A stretch of 64,000 bases of DNA from Eledone cirrhosa (Eukaryota), in the NCBI GenBank assembly GCA_964016885.1, contig OZ024743.1, positions 125,674,001-125,738,000 of the forward strand, read 5' to 3'. The notes under the pieces were generated by a model. That model was given only the letters and a program-made list of their open reading frames with translations, ran no database searches and was not told the DNA's origin. The translations under genes and the position numbers were made by a program. Shown here piece by piece: positions 11,881 to 24,071 of this stretch. Each line of letters starts with the position of its first letter. Positions within the stretch are counted from its first letter, which is position 1.

Positions 11881-14800
11881 TGTCAAAGGGACAATAACAT
11901 TAATAACACACAAGGCCACATGTTTTGAGAGAAAGAGTGTAGTTGATGAAATCAATCCATGTATTTGACTGGTACTTTAATTTATCAACCATAGAATGAT
12001 GAAAGGCAAAGTTGACCTCATGATTTGAATTGAGTATGCAAAGAGCCATACCTAAATACCACAAGGTGCTTTTTAACCTCTTTTGCTCCATGCCACACCT
12101 TGATGTCTTTAAAAGATAGGAAACTGATGATAGGAGAAGCCATGATTGTTAGGCTAAAATCAGTTGCATGTGCCTAAAATATTTTGAGTAGGTACCAACT
12201 AGTAACTTACAAAGGTAGACTGTACTTTCTGAACAATGAAGTACTGAGATTGAATAAATTGTTAGAGTATCTGTGAAAATGCCTGTGATATTTAGTTCTG
12301 AGTTCAAAACCTAATGAGATCAACCTTGGTGGAGTTGATGAATAAAAGTACCAGTCAAGCATTAAGGTCTATTTAATATTCTTCTGAAGTATCTTTGATG
12401 TAAATAGAATACTAAGATACAATAGAAAACAAAGATACCACATTTTCCCTATAACCGTGATCTAGTGCCAATGTTAAGGATCAATATTCATTATATTATT
12501 TAACAGAGTGTTTGAAATAGCAGATGTTTGTTTTGAACCAGGTATAGACATGTATGATGCTTTAACAAACCTGAATATATGAGTATCTAAGAGCAGCAAA
12601 TTGGCAGTCATTAGAACAACAGACCGACTGCTTCATTGTATTTGTTTCTGCTCTTTGTACTTTAAGTTCAAATTATGCTGAGGTCAACTTTACCTTTTAT
12701 CCTTCCAAGGTCAATAAAAATGTTCTAGTCCAGAATTGAGATCGATTCTATCTCTTTCTCACTTCCTTTCTCTACCTTTTCAAGCATGGATAGGGATGGG
12801 CATCTCTAGGTTTAAATGCCTAAGACATGCCGTGTATCCCAACAGCGCCCCCTACAACACCCTCAGAAGTTAGGGGCTAGAAGAATCATCATCATCATCA
12901 TCATCATCATTATTGTTTAATGTGCGATTTCTCTGCTAGTATCTGATATATTTAATAATGTGTTAACATTTCTCAGAGTTGCCTTCTGCATGAACATATA
13001 GTTAAGTGGTGACTATCTGTTATTGTTTAGCCCTAGGTCAGCTGTGTATGATCAAACCTAAGATCAAAGACGTTACAATTGCAACCATACTGTTTTCTTT
13101 GTATATGAGAAACTTTGTTGTTCAATATGTACTTCTTTAAATCAATAAGATATGATTTAAAGGAGATTTGGTTACTATTTCTAGTATGTCGAGTTACCAT
13201 GCCTTTATATTTTAAAGGTAAAGTAAATAGATGTCATGATGTTTTTTTAGCCATTCTTAAGAACATAGACAATATAAGCAAGATGAATCAACTTCAATGA
13301 GAATAGAAAACAATAGCTCAAAGACCAGCAAGTTCATTTTGTAATAGCCCACTTTTGAATTTTTTTTTTTTTTTTAGTATTCCCATTATCGTCATCATCA
13401 TCATTTTACATTTGTTTCCCATGCTGGCTTGGATTGAACAGGTCTTCAAGGACTGAAATAAGAAGGATCAGATAACTATGTCTCACTTCCATTCTCCATT
13501 TATTGCATGATTTATACAACTAGATGCTCTTCCTAATGCCAACTACTGGGGGTATTTTATCATGATACCAACACTACCACTTCACAGAGTGTACTGGGAG
13601 CATTTTATCATAACACCATCATTAGTGAAGTCATTATATCCTCATCAAGACTATAAACCCTATACTGTCTTGGATCAAATGTCAAAAGGATCAATAGCTC
13701 TATCTGTTGCAGATCCCTGTGTCTCGCTCAATGGCACTCAACATCATAATCTTTCCCATTGACACAAGGCTACAAATTCAATAGCAAAAAATCACTGGAG
13801 TTAATTGTGATGTGGTTTGTTTTCTTAGGCAAAGACAGTGAGTGATAACAAGAAAAATGAGTCATACAGAAAAAAATGACAAAGAAAAAGTATTCAGACT
13901 CCTTTAATTACTCACTATAACAGAGAGTGCTTGTGTTACCCCAAGATTGGGCTCAGTCAGGATTTGAACTCTATACCATTTACAACCAAAGCAAGAGTCA
14001 TAACATTGAGCCACAGCCAGTAACTTATATTTTTCAGCAATTGGTATTTGAGACATTTGAGGGTAGGCCACTGACAACAAAGTTTTTGTCATTGTTGGCA
14101 CCTTGTCTTGCTGAAGAATCTGGTGATACTTGTGAGTGTGCTTGACTGTTCCAGCACCTCAGCCTCACTATCAGCCACAGTAATGCCAAAAATGTTTTGG
14201 ATTGTCTCAAACCTTTTCTGGGGTTAATTATTCTGTAGACTCAGTAGTCTTCTACTGTAGGATACTGGGCCACACACTAGAAATGAAAGTGTGAAGTGAT
14301 ATCACATCAGTGAAAGGGGTGAAACAGAACTTTTTTCATGTGGTAACACTGAGCAGGCAGCAGTGTTTTTCAATGGGTCACACGAAAAAACTAATCTCTT
14401 GCCAGATATTGGGTAAGTGTGATTCTCAGATGCACAGCTATATATAAAAACAAGACACGAGAGGACATCCATTTTCTACCACACCTACTTTATAACAAGT
14501 ATGTATACAAAAATACAAATCCTTATTGTTGTTTACAGTTGTGAGAAAATCTAATGTTCTGTCTTCATTTCTTTTTAACCAAACTCTGATAATACTGACT
14601 CCAGCTAACACTCAACCCTACCAATCGTTTTGCTTTTTTAGAAAATTGAAGTAGAAAGACTATTTTCTAGATTGTTTTATTTTTATTTAGAGGAAACATT
14701 GATTTTGTTAGTGATGATGGTAGTAGTGACAACGATTTGTAAACATTGCTGCATGGAAACCATTCAAGTGTCTGCAGAAATTCTACATCAACTGATGTCG

Positions 14801-15689
14801 TTGTAGAAATTAATCAGAATGTTGGTTGTTAAAAACAATCAGAACTGTTGAAATGATAAAGACTGCATAAGATTTATTTTTTCCTTTCTTTTTATTTCTA
14901 TCCTTTTAGTTATATAATTTTTGTTTATGTTTTTATTCCCTTTCTTTTATTCAACTTTGTCTTATATATATATATTATTATACTCAGTTTTGTGAGCTGC
15001 TGAACGTTTTAGTATATTCTTCTTTACAAATCATACAAACTCATCAATACATACCTATTATATCAGGTGTCATAATTTACCTGATGTGGTTTCTATTGAG
15101 GAAGGTCAGTTTTGCACAGTTAGCTTTCCTTCTTTTTTTGTTCTTTTCTTTTGTACATACAACAAATGACAGCTTTTATCTTAAATATTTTATACAAAAC
15201 ATTCTGAAACATTCAGACTTCATATATAATATAGTGATTTTTATCTATCATGTCTTTTATATTGAAACGAATAATACAAAAAAAAAATGGTGTGCATATC
15301 AGAAATGTAAAGAATATGCATTAATAGTTTAAGAAGGCTTTGGAAAAGTAGTTAGCAGATGAGTTTTTAGAAATAATTTCCTACTAAAGGACGATGAGTT
15401 TTTATACACAAAAATATCGAACTGAATTAAGTTGTAGATAAAACTTCATCTAACTAATGCTGATTGACATTTTCACTGATCAGCTTACCCACCTAACATT
15501 ATCGTTTTACTGAAGAAACTCTTTTTAAGCTGTTGGCAGAATATTGATGTAATCAGACAACCAATACAAAGAATGAGGAAGCACACACTGAAAAAAAAGC
15601 TTATCTAAGAAAAAAGATTTGATTTATTATTAGAAAACTTTGTAAAAAAGATTCATGCATTCTTTCAGAATCCAGTAAAACATCTTAAG

Positions 15690-16610
15690 TATGACAAAGA
15701 GGAGATCAAAGCTACGACGGAAATTTCTCTGAGACAACTTGCTGTGAGCCATAGACAAGACCTGTGCCTGCAGTAAAGTACCAGCAAGACAAAAGGTGAC
15801 CTGGTGGTGAACTTTTGGGAGAACAATTAGTTTAGAAAATATGTCTGGAAAAAGCAAACCGGCAAAGCATTGGAACAGATGCTTTGTGGTACTCATTCTA
15901 GCTCTTTGCATTTTAAGTTCAAATTCTTGTATGACCTACTTGAGTGGTAGATGTAATTCCTCATTCAGTTTAACATCACTCAATTCATCCCTCCCATCAG
16001 TCTTGGAAGTCTTAAAAAAGATCATGAGCATTGCTTTCCCTCTTTGACTAAGATTGATTATTTCACCCTTTAACTGTCTATTTCAATAGTTGCCACCTCT
16101 GTTGAGTCTTCCTTCCACTCATTCTCCAGATTCATCAACCTCTCACAATAGCATTTCCAGACCTCTATCTTCTGAGCATTACTGCAGTTAAGTGTTCCAA
16201 AGTTATTTCAAACTCACCTGTCCCCAATAATATCCCATTCCACACTGACACATTGCCTCACAATACAGGACACCTCATACAATTGATCTTTACATTGCAG
16301 TCCACTGGCAAACCTCTTGCTTTCAGCTTCTCTACATGCTAATTAAACCCGTCGTCTAGCTTCTCTTTTAACTACTTGGTATTACTATTAGCTGCCCCCA
16401 TTTTTCCAGTCTTCCTATGCCTCTCTCTAAGTGCTAATGTCTACAGTACTGTTCCACCACCAGGTCACCTTTCATTTGGCTAGTACCTTGCTCCAGGTCT
16501 CATCAGTAACCTGAGGCAAGTTGTGCTGTAGAAACTTCCAATTGTCCTCTATGTCATATGTATCAATATCCTTCTTGTATGTATCACATAGAACTTTTCC
16601 AAACCTATAT
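15690..16610. mobile_element. Decayed RTE LINE fragments in both orientations
   Basis: KVTWW on plus (~15792) and KVTWWWNS on minus (~16450-16470), homologous to RRVTWWWNS of the LINE at 25920. Confidence 0.55.
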
Positions 16611-17329
16611 TTAACAAAGAGGTGTTTTAGCTTCTATACCCTATTTCTCCAGATTGCCCTATTTTAAACACCACTTTAATAATGTCAAAGTTATTTATTT
16701 TACTTAATAGCTCTAAATTCTTGGTTATTTTCAAAATTTCTTGAAACCCGTAATTAGTGTACTTCTTTAGAAATATGGTAGAGAAAGGGTTAAGAATGGT
16801 TTCAAGCATTATATTTTCTTTCTCAATAAAATAATTTGTAAATTACAGTCAAGCTGTACTGCAGATAAGTCAGTTTCTCACACAAGCAGGATGAAATAGT
16901 AAGGAGAGGACAGCCCCCCATCTACCTATTTGTCATATCTCCTCCCCAATCCCTGATAACCTTACCTTATCTTAAACCTGAAGAAAGAGAAAAGTAGAAC
17001 AACATTTAGGTTCCTGCCTACCAGTATACTCCCAATTTCAATGTCCTAAATAGCTCCCTTCCTTGTCCAACCCATGCTGGCATTGGTTGGATGAACCTAC
17101 TCTGATTCACCTTACCCCGATCCTTTTCATAATCACATCCCCGACTCACCTTTTCCAGCAGACCCAGGTCAAAATGAAAAGCCAGACACATCCTTCAAAA
17201 TGTCAGATGCCATCCACTTGCTTCAAGGCCACCCCCATGACTCAGTGCTTCCTCTCTAATGGTGGATGTCTACCCTACCCCTTACTCCCCAGTAAGCATA
17301 TAACCTGTACCCTTCTCATTTTTTAGACA

Positions 17330-17826
17330 CATCCCAATGTCTCCCTATCCTGACAAATGAGTACACTAATGTTGTAATAAGGTAGTGCTGGTACCACGAT
17401 AAAATGCTCCCAGACCATTCTGTAAAGTGGTAGTGCTGGTGCCATGACAAAATGCTCCCAGACCACTCTGTAAAGTGGTAGTGCTGGTGCCATGACAAAA
17501 TGCTCCCAGACCACTCTGTAAAGTGTAGTGCTGGTGCCATGACAAAAAGCACCTAGTCTGTACTGTAAAGTGGTAGTGCTAGTGCCATGACAAAAAGCAC
17601 CCAGTTCAACCTGTAAGATGTTAGTGCTGGTGTCATGATAAAATGCTTCCAGTATATGGTGTAAAGTGATTGGCTTTAGGAAGGGCATCCAGCTATAGAA
17701 ACCAACCCCAAAATGGAACATCAAGTATGATACAGCCACCTGACTGGTCTAGTATCAGTAAGTGACAGCCTGTCTAACCCATGTAAGTATAGAAAATAGA
17801 CATTAAATGTTGATGATGATGATGAT
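17330..17826 (+). mobile_element. RTE-3'UTR-derived repeat with about six 48-bp tandem modules and (GAT)n tail
   Basis: Unit gtaaagtggtagtgctggtgccatgacaaaatgctcccagaccactct repeated 17380-17660, followed by taggaagggcatccagc. Confidence 0.82.
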
Positions 17827-17948
17827 GAATCAGTTGCTGTTCTACATCCTACTACAAGTTATTTATGCTAGCCAGGATATATTGCCTGGGTTAATTGATA
17901 CAAAAGAATGTATAATCACTCATTTCACAGTTGAATGTTTAACTTTAA

Positions 17949-18437
17949 ATATATAAATATATAATTGTTTCTACTTTAGGCACAAGGCCAGCAATTATCC
18001 CAGTGTATTACTGGTACTTTATTTTATCGACTCCGTAAAGATGAAAGGCAAAGTTAACCTCGGCAGGATTTGAACTCAGAATGGCAAGGGCCGTAACTCT
18101 ATGCTTCAAAGCATGGCGCCCGACCCTCTACCGATACTGCCAATCCACCGCCCTTATATATAAATATATAATTGTTTCTACTATTGGCACAAGGCCAGCA
18201 ATTATCCCAGTACATTACTGGTACTTTATTTTATCGACTCCGTAAGGATGAAAGGCAAAGTTAACCTTGGCGGGATTTGAACTCAGAATGGCAAGGGCCG
18301 TAACTCTATGCTTCAAAGCATGACACCCGACCCTCTACCGATACTGCTAGTCCACCGCCATTATAATATATAATGCACTGGGTAATTGCTGGCCTTGTGC
18401 CTAAAGTAGAAACAATTATAATATATAAATATATAAT
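17949..18437 (-). mobile_element. Tandem pair of MetaSINE-like SINEs plus an inverted tail fragment
   Basis: Two ~195-bp near-identical copies separated and flanked by atataaatatataat. Confidence 0.85.
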
Positions 18438-19735
18438 GAATATTAAATAGGCTTTTAAATTTTGAAATATTTGTTAATCATGCTGTGTGACATTCCATGT
18501 AATTTTACACTGGAGGTTGGTTTTAATGTTCCAGTGCTAGAATCTGTCTGTCTGTCTGTCTACCTGCCTGCCTGCGTGGGTGTGTGAAGGCATATTTGTA
18601 TGTGTGAAGGTGTACATGTGTGTGTGTGTCTTTGAAGACCTATGTATGAAGGTATATGTGTGTTTCTGTGTGAAGGCATGTGTGTGTTTGAAGGTGTGCA
18701 GCATAATGGTTAGGATGCTGGTCTTATGGTCGTAAGGTTGTGTATTTGATCCCTGGACTGAATAATGTGCTGTCCTTAAGCAAGATACTTCATTTCACAT
18801 TGCTCCACTCCATTTAACTGAAAATGAATACCAGAAGCAGCTGGGTGGGGGAAACTTCTGATAGACTGGTGTCATATCTCAGGGGAAGTTATGTACTCTC
18901 AATCACTTGACATCACATGAAACCAGGATAAACTCTGAACTGAGAAATTCCAAGGCTCAAAAAGACTTTAATAATAATTTGAAAATGTGAAAGCCCCAAA
19001 CACAAAAAATAACTATAATAATAGTTGATCACTAAAGATAATAGCTGAGAAAATTGAATAAATTACCCATAGAAGAAGAAATATGTGGACAGAGGTGCTT
19101 AAATCTGTAAGGGTAATTTATCGATTTTCTCCACTATTATCTAGACTGTTATTATAGTTATTTTATGCATTTTGCAGTCTCATATTTTTAATTTTCAAAC
19201 ATTCCTAGAACTTTGAAAATTCATAAGGTTTATTGAATAAGAACCAAAAAAAGCACTTAGTCCACCCTGCTAGGTGGTCATGCTGGTGCCATGACAAAAA
19301 GCACCCAGTCTACTTTGTAAGGTGATTGTACTGATACCATGACAAAAAGCACCCACTCCACCTGTGAGGTGATAGTGCTGGTATCATGACAAAAATATGC
19401 CTCATATTTGTTCCAGCTCTTTACATTTTGAGTTCAAATTTAACTTTCACCAATTGATAAAATAAAGTACCAATCAAATATTGGAGTTGATTTAATCAAC
19501 TAAATCTTTACCCAAAACATCAGACACCATGCTTTGCAGCATAGCCCTTTATGTTCTGGGTTCAAATCTCGTCGAGGTTAGCTTTGCCTTTCATTTATAT
19601 GTGGTCGATAAAATAAAGTACCAGTAATGCACTTGGGTAATTGCTGGCCCTATGCCAAAAGTAGAAACATTATTATTATTATTGATAAACATCATCTCAG
19701 AGACTTGATTTCAATTTGGAATATTACTTGATAAA

Positions 19736-20024
19736 GTGCATAGCTCAGAGATGAGAGAATCATTCCAGGTAGAGCCGTTACTTCTCCAAATTGTGAGATC
19801 ACAGCTCCGATACAATAGGCATGTGGCTAGAATGTCTCAGGAAAGAATCATTGGACAGATTTTACAGGCAAAACCAACCGATAAGAGACCCAGAGCAAGA
19901 TGGTTGGATAACATCCATGAGCTTGGCTGGTCATGCTTGGAGATCCAGCCGGATCAGTTGGAGATGATTGCTTCTGACAGGACCTGCTGGAAGGAATCTG
20001 CCCCCACATCCCTTGAAGAAGAAG
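19736..20024 (+). mobile_element. 3' fragment of an RTE-type LINE with (GAA)n tail
   Basis: ORF with VEPLLLQI..SQLRYNRHVARM...RPRARWLD. Confidence 0.7.
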
Positions 20025-20559
20025 TTGCTGCTGCTTGCAGACATTTCACTTCACTTACAACATTTATACTTTTGAGAAAGGTATAAACATCTCAACATCC
20101 CATTTAGTCTCTATATAAATTTGAAGACTTATACCTTGCAACAAGGTATTTGTATTAGATAAAGCAAGGATATTTGGACAACTTTAACCCTTTAGTAATC
20201 ACATTACTCTATATTTACTATTATATTTTCATGGTAAAGGCTTTACCTCGCATAATTATCTCACATAATATCGAATCTATGAGATTTTGAAAGTATTTAT
20301 TTTGAGAACAATACCTTAATATCAGTTTCAGCGACCAGTTACAGCCAGTTTCAACAGAAAGAGGTAGAGAATTCCGGTCGGTTTTGGTCGGTTTGAACAT
20401 TAAAGGGTTAAGAAAGTAAGAATATTTGTTGTATTCATTAGTTTAATTAAGTGTCTCATTTTACTTTGTTTGTTACCTATTAACCCTTTCATTACCATAT
20501 TTCAATTAATTAATGAAGAATTTGAAGGATTTACTAAAATTGACGTACAACCAAACAAA

Positions 20560-21017
20560 TACCCTCCCTCAGGTATATACCATACTCTGAACGCCTTGCT
20601 TCTCTGATCATTAAAGCTCTGACATCTGGTAACTGACTTGGTAGACAACCACAAGATTATTAACTATCTTTCCAACACTAAAACCTGTGGACATGCTTAC
20701 AAAATCAGAAAACAGCACAGCTCCCATGATTTTCAGAAACATTTTTTCATGCTCAGAGTTGCTGAAGCATGGAACAAACTACCTGCATCAGTTGTTATCT
20801 GTTGGGACACTGCATCCTTTAAAACTTCCATGCCTCCCAAAATTCGCCAATACTACAGATATTCCCCTTCCATACACACACACACGTGCGTGCGTGTGTA
20901 TATCATGACTCATATACTGTTCACTTTCCTGAGATTTATACATTATTCAATGAACTATACATGCACCTTTGATGAGTTATAGTGCACCTGAGCACTGTAC
21001 ACAATAATTTTCATTAT
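20560..21017 (+). mobile_element. 3' fragment of a CR1-type LINE
   Basis: TCGHAYKI..QKHFFMLRVAEAWNKLPASVV..SFK is a CR1 C-terminal signature. Confidence 0.75.
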
Positions 21018-22883
21018 TGTGAATTAGCAGTATCGGTAGAGGGTCAGACACCATGCTTTTCAGCATAGTTACATCCCTTTACGGTCTGAGTTCAAATCCC
21101 GTCGAGGTTAACTTTGCCTTTCATCTTTATGGGGTCGATAAAATAAAGTACCAGTAATGCACTGGGTATTTGCTGGCCTTCTGCCAAAAGTAGAAACAAT
21201 TATTATATTATCACAAGCAATTACCTTTGTGCCTAAACCAAGTAAAAATATTTTGAGAAAGTTAGAAAACTGATACAATCTTACAATCCCCTATAAATCC
21301 TTATTATAACATATTCATTAACATCAATGAAGATAATATATGTAAAAAAAATAATAAGGTGATGGGCTTCTGATCATATCATTTTGAGATCAAACCTAAC
21401 AGCTATTATTGTTTTACAACCTTGGACAAGGAACATAACTCAGTTTGTCTCAGTTTATCTGACAGAAAAGCAGGTTTTATTTATACTTAACTAACCTGAG
21501 CCTAAATTTCTCCACAACAAACTACACATAACAGTACATGGGGCATATGTTGTACACACACCAAATTCATAGACTGCCTACACAATGAAACAAAAATACT
21601 AAAAATGAAAGACTACCTGGATGTGCTAATGGCATAGTTTAATGTTACAACCCCCTACCCACCACCACCACCACAAATACCCACAGTAATGACAGGGATG
21701 GTCACTACATGAAAAGCCACCTCCAAACACCAAGACATACAACAATATTCTAAAAATACTATCTCTCCCAATCAGCCTAGACAAACATAAACACATCTAT
21801 ATATAAATTTGAGTGATTTCCATCTGTCACACAATGTGTGTGTTTGTGTGAATGTATATGTATGTATAAGGAAGGAAGGGGATAGTGAAAAAACTATAGG
21901 AAAACACATGCTGGTGTTTCATTTGCTACACTGTGTGAGTGCATGTGTGTTTGTGTGCATATGTTTGTGTGAATGTATGTGTGAATATATGAGAGTGTAT
22001 TCTTGTGTGTCTGTTTGTATGTTTATATTTGTATACACATACATATAAATGTATGCATATGCACATACACACACGCACGCACACACACACACACACATAC
22101 ACATATACATCAGCATGTTGAAAAAAATGCTAGTACATAGAAATAACTGTAATATCTAGACTCACTGATCTATGAAGATGTGATATACACTGGTAACCTT
22201 AATTACGTCACACTTCAACTAAGTCCATTTTGCTTTATCGACACTGTGGCTACCACCAGAATACAGGTGTACAGGAATAGACTGGACAGTAGAGAGAGAG
22301 AGTGCAAATATGTGCAGACTGTCACACTGCACCCAATACCATTCATCACTGCATGTCAGAGAGTGCAGTATGGTCTTCAGCTAAATTGAATCTGCTGGTC
22401 ATGCATCGTTCTGCCAATTACCTGCATGACATAAGACTGCTTGCTCAAAGCTGAACTGGGGCTACACAACAACAACAAAATGGTTACAAGCCAAAAAGGA
22501 AGCTTCTACATTATCATTCACCCTGCTAGAAATAGCAGCTACTCTTGGATGCTTTTAATAAAGCCCACTCTACTGCAGACATTTTGACCAGGTCTCCAGT
22601 TTGAAGATGCCTTCCTCCCTCCCACTAGTCTCAGAATCCCTGAAAATAGTCATGAGTACTGCCCTTTCCTCATTGATTAAACATCTAAATCGTTAATGGC
22701 AGAAAAATATCCAGCCACAATTTTTTTTTTTTATTTCTTAAACAATACGAAAACATTGTAATTTTGGAAATATTATCTTATTCATGTGAGTACAGAAAAT
22801 TGAATGTAAATCAATAAATATAAATTAGCATGTTACATAATATTTATATATTATGGAATGGAAATGACCTTGAGTTTTGAGGA

Positions 22884-23175
22884 GTGTTCCAGTTGTTCAA
22901 TCAACATAGCCTGCTCATAAAATTAACATGTGACTGAGTATTCCACAGACATATGCACCCTTAATGTATTTCTCAGGAAGATTTAGTGTGACACAATGTG
23001 TGACAGGGCTGGCACAGTAAATTACAGCTACAGTCCATCCGATGGGCTTCTAAATAGATTCCATTTACCCGAGGTTATAGTAAATGACCCTTGTCCAAGA
23101 TGCTACACAGTGAAATTGAACCCAGGAACTAACAATTGTGAAGTAAGTAAACTTCATAATCATACAGCTATGCTG
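22884..23175 (-). mobile_element. Third SINE family (also ~48268-48565 -, ~36187-36480 +, ~32178-32520 +)
   Basis: Shared gtgttccagttg..atcaa..ctcatgaaattaa..gactgagtattccacag..gtgtgacaaggctggc block. Confidence 0.6.
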
Positions 23176-24071
23176 CATTCACTTATATATTATATAATAT
23201 GATATATACTAAAGCAAAATAAAGGCACTCATTTGAACTAAAACTAAGAAGTGACTGCTTACAGCAACTGAAGATCTATCTTTATACTGACATGTACCTC
23301 AGAACAAGTAGTTATTTAATAAGTTATGTTTAGCACACTGATGTAGGTAAATATTTAGTTTGGTGGTCAAATATTCTAAAATCGTAATACTTAAAAATGT
23401 CATCATCATCACCTATGTTTACTTTTCCATAGAAGGGCCAGGGTTCATTTTAATACAGTGTCTTTACACTTGTAGGGTTGCGGAGATCCTTATGTCTTAC
23501 CAAGGTCATAACATTCACTCTAATGTTCCTGTCAGGATAAAATTCACCCAGTACATTCTGCGAAGTGATTGGTATTAGAAAGGGCATCCAGCCATTGAAA
23601 TCATGCCAAACATGGAAGTATGAGCAAAATGTGATCCTTCAACTCATCTAAGAGGGCAGTAACTCTGAATAATGACTGGCTTGCACCACAATACCGAGTA
23701 CATCACTTAAATAATAAAAGCTATCAACTATTTCTAAAGAGCCTTATGGGCATTGGACGACTATTTTTTGAGTGCTACTCTTGTGTAACTTTTACATATG
23801 AAATCCTTCTTTTCTGTCAGTCTACCTGGCATCTATGAGAAAAGTCAATAAGGAAAAACAACATAGCAGAACAATACAATGTCATTTGAAATCGAATCTA
23901 AAATTTCTCGCCTCTAAAACCACCTTTTGTTAGGAATTCTCGCCATTGTCCTGTCAAAAGACATCTATGATAAACGTATATACCACTTGACCTGTGACCC
24001 CAGACAGACGAAACACACATGGCTACTATTAAATCAAAAACCATATACATATCCTTCTAGCTATAGTATTA

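Noticed and set aside
14640-14900. Possible plus-strand exons after ttttag acceptors
   Set aside because: Frames close quickly and no product is recognisable.
17380-17660. CRISPR-like array
   Set aside because: There are no unique spacers and no cas genes; the units are tandem modules of an RTE 3'UTR in a eukaryotic genome.
21809-22116. ORFs rich in C/V/Y/M or H/T (also 2723-2911, 7802-8679, 38044-38295)
   Set aside because: Translations of (TG)n/(CA)n and (CATA)n microsatellites.
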